Below the pieces are notes generated by a model. That model ran no database searches. It worked only from the letters and a program-made list of their open reading frames with translations, and was not told the DNA's origin. Shown one piece after another: positions 10,679 through 23,870 of a DNA stretch of 64,000 nt. A program made the translations under genes and the position numbers. Position 1 is the first letter of the stretch. Each line of letters opens with the position of its first letter. The DNA lies in the NCBI RefSeq assembly GCF_009914755.1, contig NC_060928.1; one strand, written 5' to 3'. Source of the DNA: the human T2T-CHM13v2.0 reference genome, Homo sapiens.

Positions 10679-13600
10679 CTGAAATGAAGATAGACAGATG
10701 CTGGATCTCACAATGACCTTCACTAGTCTTAAGAATGTGGCTCGGGGAGAAAGCTAAGGGCACAGTTCCTTGCTAGGTTGGCTCAGTGGTGCTAGAAGGA
10801 GAAAGGTGGCGAGAAGGGCTTGTAAGTGAGGATGCAAGACCTTGAACCTTTCTAGTGAGACTTGGAAAGGTGCTAAGACAGGGGCTCTAACTTTAATCAC
10901 GGAGCTAGGGGCCTGAAAAGGATCTTAGAAATCACCTAACAAAAATGCAGAAAGGGTAAGTGACTTGTTCAAGGTCACACAGCTAACTGGAGGCCAAACC
11001 AGGACTAAGACCCCAAATTTCCTGCCTCTGGCTAGTGGTGTTTCCGTGGTATCAGTTTACCTCAAGTAGCTCCAATAATGTTCTAATAGTGACACTTTCC
11101 TTTGTTCTGAACCACTGAATTTCACTTCTGAAATATTTTGACTTACAGAACCCTCAGACTCTGAATTTCCAAAGCCAGTTCTTATGTGAGCCAAGAGGTA
11201 TTTTCAGCTGCTCCTGCTTTTTTTAATCTCTGAATGATGGCACTTCCCCATGATTTGCTTTAGAATCGAAATGCAAACACAAATGTTATCTTATTTACAC
11301 GAGACCCTCCTCAGACATTGAAAAAGTGCTGACCTGCAAGCTGTGTTTCCTGCCATCAGCTGCTGCCTCACTGCCGAGATCCATGCACAGTGTGTCAGTG
11401 TCTGGTAAACTGCAGGTCTGCCCCCCAGCCCTTTGCCCGGCTTATGCTGGTAACAGTTGCTGAGCCATGTCAAAAGCAAGATATCATTGTGAAGAATTAA
11501 TCAATTGGAGATGGTGCTATCAATGAGTAACTCAGGGCATATGAGACAATCTCCCAGCAATGAATGAATGGATTTAATCTGTTGGCTGAGTTACTTCAGT
11601 TCAGGAAGACAAGCTTCTTCTGGGTGAGTGGTTGTGTCATACTCAGGCTGAGTGCTCCAAGTAGCAATATATCTGTGGTCTAAATTGATTGATTCTCTCA
11701 CAGGCTGTTTGTGAATCTGCAGATCCTCAACTCTCCCTGTCAGAGGTACCAGGCACATAAGACAGGAAAGCCCTGGCAGTCTCGCTTTGAGTGGGCTTTC
11801 TTGGATTGGCAAGTGTTTTCAATGGAGGAGAAATGTTATTGCGGAAAACCCTGTGGATCGTGGATTGGGTAGTTGCCATCTGCGAAGCTTGACGATGATG
11901 GCATGTGCTTATTGCAGAGATCTTTGCTTTTTGGAACAGCTGTGCCTCTGGTGAAGCTGCCATGGAGATGGTGAGCTAGAGGGCTCAGAAGCAAGGGGGT
12001 GATGTTGCTCTAGGGACCTGGCACGTTAAGAGTCATGGAAATGATTGTCTGGAATAGTGTTACAATCTTCAAATGCTTTGTTTTATACAGAAGTAGTCAC
12101 TGTGGCTTAACTATTTCCTGAAGGGAAGATGACAGTGGGGCCTAAAATCTTAAATGGCTGGCTAATTCTCTTGCCTGCCACAATGGAATGTCCTCACAAA
12201 TCAAAGCAATCATCTTTCCAGGGCTAATGTGAATCTTATAGGCACCAAGGGAGATCATTCTCCTGGTTGGTTCCAGCTGGCATATTTATCCATAGTCAAG
12301 AACAGAGACTTCGCCATTTCAGGCTTTAATGCAAATCAAAAAAGCAGACATGGCTACTCACTCTTGCAACTCCCTCATCAATACTGGAATGGTTGATCTA
12401 AATGTATTTATTTCTGAGTGCATCAGTATATTTTGTAGTCACATAAAACCTGGACATTGCTGTTTTGCAAATGTAGCAAAGTGTAGCTGCACATGTGAAA
12501 CAGAAATCTGAAGTTTATGCCAACCCTCCCTTTTTCTCTCAACTGTCTTGATTTACAGAGATTCCCTGAAAAAGTCCTGAACGCACATTCTTTCTCTTGT
12601 TTTCCTGTTCGGGGTGTGGTCAGAGCAGGTCTACAGGCATTTACAAGTTTTAAATAGAGATGTTCTAAATGCTTCATCAATTGCTCCCTCAATAAACCTC
12701 CAACTTAAAAAATATAAGAATAAATGTCATTTAATTTTAAGAGAATGCATCTTTAGGAGCAATGAATCCCATAGAAAAGTTTATATTAAGCTCCCCAAAT
12801 TAGAGAAAGCAAATCCTTGCAGAGACTAAACACGAACCTCTGAATGAACTCTTTGGAAGTTTTTCCTATAATGAGTTGGAGTATGTGTCCCTGGAAAGCT
12901 CCTGGGTGGTTTGCAGTGGTAGGCGTCAGAGCTGGCATGAAAACCACTTTTCTCTGTGCTGCAGCTTCAGCTGTGCTTTAACAATTTTGTCTTGTAAGTG
13001 CATTTTGAAAAGTATTCACATACATATATGCATATATATACACATATATTTTTTTTTCCAAAAAGGCTAACCCATTTAAGAGCCTGTAGTTTAGTAGAGA
13101 TAGCAGCCAAGTATGTGCTCCTTAGTTGAAGACCATCAAGACATTTAGGAACTAATTCTCTTGCACTTTCATGGGACTCTTTCTGCCTCAGTTTCTACTG
13201 AAGAGGCATGAATAACAAAGAAGCAAGAGACAGACTCTCCCTCCCCTACCCATCACTCTGCTCTCTGCCCCATTGCCAGATGTGCAATGAAATGTATAAA
13301 GGGGAACTTGTTCGGTAATTCTTGACCCCATCACCCATCTTGAGGCAATAAAAATGGAAAAGAAGGGGAAGAAGATGGGGTAATTGGTAAAGAAATTGTC
13401 AATGAACAGAGCGATGTCATGCTGAATCCTGCTCCTCTAGTGAAAGGGGTGGAGAAGGGCACCTCCCAATCCCAGGCCTGTGAGGGGGTTGCTGCAGGGG
13501 AATCCCCAACAAGATTTTGAAATATGTTTCCTGTAGGTTGGACTCAGTCTCCTTCCTGCCTGCAACCTTGAGAGGAGGCCCAAGACCTTCGTGGGGTCAA

Positions 13601-14034
13601 AGGCTGGAGACTGCTACTGTCCTGGAAGAGGACTGTCAGGACAGGTGATGTATGAGTGTCCTAGAGGTGAATGGGGTTAATGTGGGTCCTACCCAAAAGG
13701 GGTTCCTGGAGAGGTGAGGAGAAATTAGGAGACAGAGGCTGAAAATGGACTCCTGGGCACACAGGATGCTCATGAGTAAGCAAGAGTGACCCATCTGTCC
13801 CAAGTTTTTTGAATTACAAGGGAAAGTGCCCAGCAGAAAAAAAATTTTTTGGGATATGTGTTTGCAACTTAGAGGGACCCTTAGAACTTAAAGGTGCTCT
13901 TAGAACTATCAGTTACCTAAAAGTAGGTAGAAAAATCTTGGGCCTGCTAGAATTTTCATTCAGGGGCAAGGAACTCTGACAACCACTCAACACATTTTAA
14001 GGGTCAATTAGCAAAAATAAAGATGCATTTAGAA

Positions 14035-14327
14035 TGGTCCCCCACATCTGCCTGAGCCTTGGGTTACCACCTACCATGGCTCAAAAATACTCAAGGAAAA
14101 AAAAACCCAACAAAAATATACAAATAAAAATAATATAAATAAAAAGTCAATATGCTAGAACAACTATAATATTAGGTATAAGTATCTAGAGGTGATTTAA
14201 AAGTATGGAGGATATGCAAATATTACACCACTTTATATAAGAAACTTGAACATTCTCAGATTTTGGTATCTTTGGGGGAAAGGGGGTATCATGGAACAAA
14301 TTCCCTGTGGGTATCAAGGGATGACTG
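14035..14327. mobile_element. MER2-like Tigger fossil
   Basis: Ends in ttccctgtgggtatcaagggatgactg; internal acttgaacattctcagattttggtatc. Confidence 0.65.
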
Positions 14328-15529
14328 TTCAACATGTTAGATACACTCCTCTTTCCCCAAGGATCAGAGTTGATGGGAAGTTAGCAAAGGAAATTTTCCC
14401 AGAGGAAATCCATATCATTTTTCATTTCAACTGGCCAAGTTTTTGCCTTTACATTAATTCATGTGTACTGCTTCCTTCTGAAAGTTTGAAGACCAGGTCT
14501 CCTGGCCAGACACATCATGCCAAGTGCTTTTCAGAATGTATGGGGCAGATGTGCCATATCTTGATTCCGCCATTCCCACCCTCCATGGGCCAAGAGTTGG
14601 TTCCCTCTAGTCTGAGATGGAAGAAGGGCCAAGTGGGTAACGATCTGCAGGCAGTGCTAGAGGACTTGTGTAGTGACTCAGTAAGGGGAATAAGGAAATG
14701 AATGGCGAGGTCAACAATCTCCTTGAAAAATCACAGGAAGGTTTCAGACCCCACCCCCGCGAGATGTGGAGTGGCACTCAGTGTTTTTAAGAAGGGATAA
14801 TAAAGTCATCTTTTCTGTGTCTTTCTCACGCTTCTCTCTTGAGTCTCCAAACATACAGGGCTGTCTGTTTCGCTGTGTTTTCCTTTGGTTCTAAGGAACT
14901 TTTTTCCCCTGTGGAAGCAAACCCAACAATCTGCATCCTGAGCTTGAGAAGTTAAAGGCAAAGTGTGTTTTTGGCATGATCAGGCTTACAGATAAAGACT
15001 GGTGAGTAACGTGTGGGCATTCATACAAATGACCACTCACATGAAGGTGGAGGAGATACACTGTTCTGGGACTGCCATGTGAGGTTTTAAAAGATGAAAT
15101 GTCAGAAACATTAAAAAATATGTACTTAAAAACATCTTTCTTCTAATGTCAGACTTGCAACAAGTTTGAATTTCCTTGGCTCTGTAAATGTTTTTCATTT
15201 TTTTTTTCCTGGGAGCTGAAGATGATCCTTTAATGCTAGACTTTTCCACTTTCACTCTGAAGGCAATCTGTTCTACATCTTTGCTTCATGAGTGCTGAAA
15301 TGACCTTGACATGCATTTGATCTACTGCACATGGGCCAGGAAAGAAAGAATAGAGGTTGGAATGAGAGTATAAGTAGGAAGTAAACAAATTTTTGATCTT
15401 TTAAGAGATTTAGAAAAATGGAAGAACTGAACAAATAAACTAAATGAAAAGTGAGTAGGCAACTGTGTTAATTTTTCCCCCTGTTCTGTCTCTGAGCATA
15501 GCATTGCTAAACCTGGGCTCTGGGGCTGG

Positions 15530-15735
15530 TGGCCCAGTGAGTTCCAGCCCCATCTGTCACTTACAACCTTGGATCAGTGACATTGGACAGTGACATTAAT
15601 CTCTCTATGCCTCCATTTCTGCATCAGTAAGATGAAGATAAAAATAATATTTACCTCATAGGGTTGTTATGAGCTAATATATGAAAAAGGCTTAAAAGGG
15701 TGCCTGGTATGTAATAGGTACAACGTATTTCTTAG
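15530..15735 (+). mobile_element. MIR
   Basis: ctctctatgcctccatttctgcatcagtaagatgaagata...acctcatagggttgtt. Confidence 0.7.
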
Positions 15736-17054
15736 CTGCTGTTATTTCTTCCTTTTTTGGTAATTTCCTGGGTCTGTGGAGATGTGAGGAGGGGAAAGAA
15801 TAATTTGGAGAAAAGTCATGTCCAACCTCCACTGGGTTATTTATTTGCAATTTATAGCAATATTGTATATCCAACTACACTTACGTGTATATCCTCATGA
15901 TTTCTGAATAGCATTAGAGTTGAGTATAATAATGTTGATGAAAACTTGAATCTTTTGACTCATTTAGTCATGCATTTGTGTTTGTTCATTTATTAATTAA
16001 ATCTTAATTTGAGTAAGTCACTAGGCAATTAAAAAAATCTGTATAGAGCAGAGGCTTTTTCTCCTAAGGAATTACAGCCACTTAGTTAATGGTATAAACC
16101 ATTAACAAATAACCAGAGTGTTCATGTTTGTAAAATTCTGAGAAATCCTAATAAATAAAGCTAACCAGAAATATATGGTTTAGGAAAAATATTTCGTGAG
16201 AAAATTTAGTTTCTATACTGAGAAACTGATAGCCATATTCATATATGCCATCAGTCTTCTGACTGTAGGTATTGTCATATCACTCTTATTTCTTTATCCC
16301 ATCTTTACCAGTAGCTTCCTTTGAAATTGCCTGGCTTTCTTTTCTTCTGTTATGAACAGAAGGTCTCCACTTCAAGCTTAGATTGAACATGTTTACCTCA
16401 AGTCATTCAATAAACATCTACAGAATGGTCACTATGAACTAAACACTCTGAGTCTGTTTTATGCAAAAACAGTTTAGGGATTACAAATTATATGGATATA
16501 GATCATAATTTTCTATTTTTTGATGTATTTTAACCCACAATATATTTACATATATTTTATTTTGGATGTAATTTAACCCACATTAAATTAAAATGCTTTC
16601 TCAGTTGTCATCTTGGCTTTACTAAGATCTATGAAGTATGTACCCACTCTTCAAAATAAGGAATCTGACAGATGACGTATCTTCTCTTGAAAACCAAATG
16701 GTCATTCTTTTGCAAGGATAATGATCCTTTACAAATGTTTATTTGTTTTTGTTCTCAAAAGCAAGCTCATGCCTTAAATGTTTTTCAACTGCTGGCAAAA
16801 TTTTATCACATCTTCCAATATATTTCACTAAGGTCACTTATGGTCGTATGTGTGACAGTAATCAAAGATGTCCAATAAATGGAAAAATTCTGAGACCACC
16901 TGGTACACCAAAAAGAGAACTTACTATTTGACCTGAGTCAGACATTTAGTCCTCTGGGGCACAATTTTCTCATGACAAAAATTAGAAGTATATTTTGGTA
17001 AAAATCAAATGACCTTTAATGTTCTCTTCCATTTAAAGTACTAGTATTCTAGAT

Positions 17055-17500
17055 CTATGCACTCCAATATGGTGCCACTAGCCATATGTGATTACTAAGC
17101 ATTTCAAATGTGGCTAGTTAAAATTAGTTTTACAGTGTCTCAATAGTTTTAATTTTGAAGATAAACATAACTTTATATTGTCTTAATAGTTTTAAATATT
17201 GTCTCAATAGTTTTAATATTGGAGACAATATTTTGTCTCAATAAAATTTAAGTTCTTTACTGTTTACTTCTTGAGCCACTTTATTTAAAAACATTCTGAA
17301 ACATGCTGTAAGTGTAAATGAAATACACACCAGATTCTGAAGACTGAGTACCAAAAAATGTAAAATATTTTGGATATACAGGGTTAAGTAAAAATATATT
17401 ATTAAAATGAACTTCATTTATTTTTAATGTTTTAGTGTAGCCATAGAAAAATTTAAATTACATGCATGACTTGCATTATATTAATATCGGGCTGCACCAG
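17055..17500. mobile_element. MER33-like hAT-Charlie fossil interrupted by a ~170-bp insertion (17126-17297)
   Basis: ccaatatggtgccactagccatatgtg...tggctagt, resuming at gaaacatgctgtaagtgtaaa...tacacaccagatt...ttgcattatatt. Confidence 0.75.
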
Positions 17501-18927
17501 TCTAAACCTTCAAAACAAAGGGGTCAAAATCCATCTTTAATGGCTTTTAAATGCCTAATGGTCAACATTTCAATACTGAGATCTTTATACCTATAAAAGT
17601 CAAGTTTCTCAAGTTAAAGGTCCTATTTATCAAAAACTAATAAACTTTGCATGTGCAGATATTTCTCACCAAGCTCCTCTTCAAGTCACCTTCTGTCAAG
17701 GTCCTGTAAAAATGGTATGGTTACAATATTCAATGTTCAAATCCCATGGATCATCTCAACTATATAATAAAAGATGATCAGGAAATAAACCAAAAGGTTA
17801 AGAGTGATTGTTTCCAAGTAGTGGGGCCCTCAGTGATTTTTTTCATTCTTTTTTTAGTCTGTTCTTTCTTTATCTCTCAATTTTTCAACAATGAAGTTTT
17901 TTCATCAGAAAAATACATATCTTTACATTTTAGCATGCTTTCATACATTTTATAAAAATCACAAATATGTAAAAGAAAGACCAACTTCAAAGAAAATACC
18001 CTCAAATGCTTCAATCTGCTTTTCTACATTTCCAAATTTCTACAGTGAATAGGTTACTTCTGTCAAGAGAAAGAAAGACACTTCGTATAAAAATTGCAAT
18101 ATCCACTCACTCTTTTAACCTTAAACCTAAGCTAATTTGCATCTGATTTTCTTAGAACTCCTGAAGCTTTTATCTCTTATATTAGACTGAATAGTAGGTA
18201 CTTTAGATTTTTACTTCTATCTTGATGCTAATACACATAATTTAATATTTTTATGAAAACTACCATCAAACAGAACAGCATTTAGTGACTGCCTATGTAT
18301 GAGATGGGGGAAAATACCCAGAAGGTATTTTAGTATTCAGGGCCACTGTGCACAGGGGTTTAGTGTCTCTTGCAGATATGGCCATCTAAAGGGATGCCAT
18401 TCACATCCACGTCCTACAGCAACAAGGAAAGCAGCCTCTTGTCCGTGGTCCAGACTAGTTCATACAGTCACACGCACACTCGGGGCTCCGGTGTGTGTGT
18501 GTGTGTACACACATGCGAGCATGCGCAGGTGAGTGGGTGTGGTTGTGCCCTATCCCAGTCCTGCTGAGCACCCCTTGTAGTTGCTCCCCTCACCTGCCCT
18601 CCAGTCTGAGAGGCTCCAGATCCATGACCCTATGTGCCTCAGGTACCACAGGGAAGCGGACATGGAGAGTGTGCAATGCTGTGATGTGTGAGCCCTGGTG
18701 TCAGTGTGTGGGCAGGCAGGAGCATGGGCACACAGAGCCAGGTGGGCTGTCTGCCCTGCTGGCTCTAGGAAAGGCAGTTCTTCTAACAGCTGGCAGTTAT
18801 AACTGATGAACCTAGCAATGATGTACTCATTCAATATTTTTTTCTTTTTGAGGAAAGGTATTTTTTTCCAATTCCTACAAGGCAACAGTCCTTCTGGCTA
18901 TGTCACTTTAAGTATGGCAGAACTCAC

Positions 18928-19138
18928 TGTTAGTAGTAAAGATGACGTCTCCCTCCTGGGGGATGGGGTCTGTATCCTGGACCACCTGCAAGGCTCCCAC
19001 AGTCCGGACAGCAGGGTCCAAAGTGACTGAACTTTCATTCACTGTTGTGTCGCTGGCACCTGTGATCTGGTTGGTGGGTGGACCTCCCAGAGAGCCCTCG
19101 AAGTCAGTGGGCAAGTCGTCCATGCAGTCGGCATTGGG
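18928..19138 (-). CDS. RNF150: RNF150 coding exon (211 nt, phase 0-1): PNADCMDDLPTDFEGSLGGPP...QEGDVIFTTN, cytosolic tail
   Basis: ccccatcAG|CCCAAT...ACTAACA|GTgagt; 70 codons plus 1 nt, in frame after ...LGIP; matches the recalled RNF150 tail. Confidence 0.93.
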
Positions 19139-20774
19139 CTGATGGGGCAGAAAAAGATCTGTTCTCAGTACATGTCATCCACTTAGAGATTAAATGTCTA
19201 TAGCCTAAACATTCTGTCTCCATGAAAAAATTAAGTTCTTTATTGTTTACTTCTTGAGCCACTTTATTTAAAAACATTCTATATATAGTTTCTATAAGAT
19301 TAACATAAAAAGATCTTCCAAAATTTCCTTTCCAAAGGTTCATTTTAGATTGAAAAGATTCCTTTTTAATCTTTTAGATTAAAAATTAAAGTTTTATTTC
19401 AAGATAAGCAAAATCTCTACATTTAAATAATCACTTAGGGGGAATATGTGAAATTTATTTACAATGAAGGCACTTCCTTACATATAGTATTATTTATTCC
19501 ACACCTAGAATGTAGCTGGTAGCCTGATCATTATCCCTTAAAACTCATGTGTTGTTTACAAATATACTAATGATATGAGAGTGGGAGGGAGGATAGAATC
19601 TGAGTCATTATGGCTTGTTCATTAAAGATACATACATACCCTCAAACACACACAAAGCACAGGATAAGGCTACATTTAAGAAAAACATAAGCCTAAAGCC
19701 AGCTATAGAAAAATATCCCTAAGTCCTTAATACGGTATTGATCATACATTAGTCAAATCCTCTAAATTAAATTCTTAGAATCATAAGACTATGGTGAGAC
19801 CCCCTTGTTCAATTGCCCATTGATTACAGGACGCTTTCCTCTCCAATATCATTGACAGCTTCCCTTGAAGAACATAGCAATGGGAGCTCTCTGCTTTGCA
19901 AGGCACTCTGTGTTGGCCAGCAGTGTTGGCGTCTATTATTATTGGGCAAAATCTTATGCTTTGCAAGTTTTACTCTTTTATCTCAGTTCTGCTGGTTTGA
20001 AGTAAAAATGAATATATTTCTATCTCTTCCACAAACAGCTTTTCAAATTACTTTCAGTTGTTCTGTCTCTACACAAACTCAAAATTATTTTCTAAAAGGT
20101 GGTGGTGGAGGAATGTTGTCTTAAGCAGGATTAAGAACAGCTGTTAATTTCTTTTGCTCTGAACTTCAGCTTTGTCTTGAAGGATGATAATTACATGGTT
20201 TACACTCCCAAAGTAGGCAGAACATGATGGTCAGGATTAGGGGAGGAGAACTCTGGATTGATAATGATTGAATTAATATCACAATGACTGTTGTTTTCCA
20301 AGTTCATCAGAACAGAAAACCTACAACTCACGGACTCCTAGGGAACACAAAGCAAGACATGCAAAGTGCTGGGCTGTTGTCCTAGTGTTCTGCTCTTAGC
20401 TGTATAATGCCAGTCTCCTGAGCTCCACACCTGTGTCCTAACAGTCAGCTGAAGAGCTCTACCATTCCATAAACACATCAAATTCAGTTTATTCATTTCT
20501 TTCCTGTATTCTTTCTTCTTTTTGCCCTCTCTAGCTATATTGGAAGTGAGCCAATTCACTGAAACTCAATCTGTCAAAAGTCGATTCATAGAATGACCAA
20601 TTCACTGAATTTACTAAATTTACTCATTGACATTGGACACGAGCAAGTGGGTTTATGAATATTCTCTCCCCATTACCAGTTTCCCTATCCACTTACAATC
20701 TCTTCTCCAGTGTATTTCAGTCTGCACTCTCTCATCAGAACATAGAAAAAAAAAAAAAAAAAAAAAACACCATG

Positions 20775-21159
<385 letters not shown>

Positions 21160-23870
21160 CTACTTTTCTGGCCTCACCTTCAGCCTTTGAAGACAGAGAG
21201 CACACCATACACTCCCTTCTCTCAACACTGTAGCTTATATTGTCCCTGTGCTCAGGATGACATTTGATCCAATCACCCTCTTTTTCCTATCTCAAGGTCT
21301 CAAGTTGGCCCCTGGTGAATTCCTAATCACCCTTTAATTCCCAGGTCCAGTGTCCCCTTTTCTAAGGCATGTTCCCTCCCAGGAGGGCATCTTTGCTCCT
21401 GCAAGCACTTCATAAGGTACTTCTCCCATGCTGTATGGCTATTGTTAATGTGCTGATCTCACTCTACTAGTCCCCAAACATTGTAAAGTGAAGCAACCAC
21501 ACTATATTGACTTTGGATTCCAAGCCCCTAATAGTGCCACTGACAATGACTAGGTGCTCAGTAAATGTTGACTTGGAAATTTGATCTGAGTCTCAGATTT
21601 CTGCCCTGGAAACTTGGGCATGATCTGCCCTAAATCAATTAAGGGAGGATTTGAGAAAATACTTGAAAAACTGTAAAGTTCTATTTAAAGGCAAGATATG
21701 CTATACACAGGTGTTTATTAAGCAAAACTAACTGTGGGAGAGGTTTTCAGGAAGAAAAGATTTCGCAAAGAGGGTACTGTGCAGGTTGTTCTTTTGGCCA
21801 TAAATACGTAAATGCAATCATATGCAATAATAATGGACATATTTTTCAAAATGTTGATCTAGCTGTTGATATTGTTCTTTGTATATTTTCTTAATTTTGA
21901 TGCAGTTTTTTTGTTCTTCATTTTGTGGGATAGTAGGAATAGTGCTGTATCTTTAACAGAGTGGGTAGAGGGCAAAAGAGCTAATTAGCACAGTGAAACT
22001 GTCAATGGTAGCAAGCACAAATAATTTGGCTTAGATATAATATTTAACAGACCAAGTTTAGAGAACCTCACAGATTATATCCACTCTACATGGTTCATCA
22101 AATGGAACAATATTTTGAAAAGAAACCAAATCTACATACCTCTGAGAGAAGACACAATCATAAAGTTTAAAACAAGATGTCAAATGCTATCTGCAAGTGA
22201 AAACTGCACAGGCATTTAAATTCAAGTTAGCATGGGAAACCCCTCAAATAAAGCAACTGCTAAATAGAATCTTGTGAATACACCAGGTATACAGCAGGAT
22301 TTTGTATTCAATAAAAATCACCAACCTATTCCTATGAGGATAATAGTGATAGGAGGTGGTTGCTGGCATATGAAAGTCCCAGGTTATATGGTACCTTAGA
22401 AGAGGATTTGCTGAAACTGTATTCTGTCATTCTATCAAGACAGACCTACACCTGACTGGATAGAATGGAGGGTGAAGCACTGTAATGTAGATCAAAATGC
22501 TTCTGATAATAAAGGACTCCCCACTATTTGCATTCAGTATTATATTTCCCGTAGCAAAATATAATGGAAAATGATACCTATTGTTATGGGAATTTCATAA
22601 TCAGTGAACTGTGCTCTCATTCTTTAGTTCATTGTAGAGAAATCACTTACAAAATAACAACATCCTCAGTTTCTGACTTTCGATGTATTTGTCTTATACC
22701 ATGGGTAGATACAAGGACACTTTGTTAAAACAACAAAAACAAAAACAAAACAAAAAATAATATGCCACATGTATTTGAATAATCTAGTAGATCAGGATTA
22801 CAGCCAAGTTGTTTGCGAGTTGATACTATTCAAAGGAGAATCAGGATGAAATTCATAAATACGATTGTGTAACTGCCAGCCTTCAAGGCTCTGAAGGGCT
22901 GTAATTCCATAGACATTTATTGAGCCCTTAGCATAAGTAAGGAATGCAGAGATGAAGCATGAACAGACATCAGTTATCAGAGAGTGAAAAGCTCTTTTCA
23001 ATTTTCTTTGAATAAGAAGAAATGGAATACATGGAACATAGGAAAATTATAAGACAATTTGTTTAAGCTGCATAAAAAGGGTTTCAGTTCGATATAGCAA
23101 GTATTTTCTAATTGAGAAGGCTGTGAGCTTGCCCAGTGAGATGGAAAGTTTTAAGAATGGAGAAGTCATCTTGCTGATATAATTAACACATAGTGCTACC
23201 CAACGGTAGAAGGATGAAGGGGAACAAAATCCAAAATTCCTCCCAGATCCTGACTTTGTCATTCCCTAGGAGAAAAACAGAAAAGGCTTGGGAGGCACAG
23301 AAGGTATCCATATGCCTTCATGCTTTGTGAGAAGTAGAACGAAAGTGATTTATTCTTCATGGAGGATGTTCTGTTTTGTGGGGCAAGCTTGGATGTGTAT
23401 CATGTTCTTGTTCAGCTGGCCTTTAAAAATCTTTAGCAAATCCGCTTAAATGTCCCTGTCTGACAGCTTTGAAGAGAGTAGTGGTTCTCCCAGCATGCAG
23501 CTTGAGATCTGAGAACGGGAAGACTGCCTCCTCAAGTGGGTCCCTGACCCCCGAGTAGCCTAAATGGGAGGCACCCCCCAGTAGGGGCGGACTGACACCT
23601 CACACGGCCGGGTACTCGTCTGAGACAAAACTTCCAGAGGAACCATCAGGCAGCAGCATTTGCGGTTCACCAATATCTGCTGTTCTGCAGCCACCGCTGC
23701 TGATACCCAGGCAAACAGGGTCTGGAGTGGACCTCCAGTAAACTCCAACAGACCTGCAGCTGAGGGTCCTGACCTTAGAAGGAAAACTAACAAACAGAAA
23801 GGACATCCACACCAAAAACCCATCTGTACGTCCCCATCATCAAAGACCAAAGGTAGATAAAACCAAAAAG

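Noticed and set aside
14246-14701. 151-aa ORF
   Set aside because: It begins inside a MER2-like fossil at a non-ATG codon and shows no recognisable domain or exon structure.
1-18927. Canonical last RNF150 exon (recalled as SEQEPAVSSDSD...EEVKS)
   Set aside because: I could not find it in the window; it presumably lies beyond coordinate 1.
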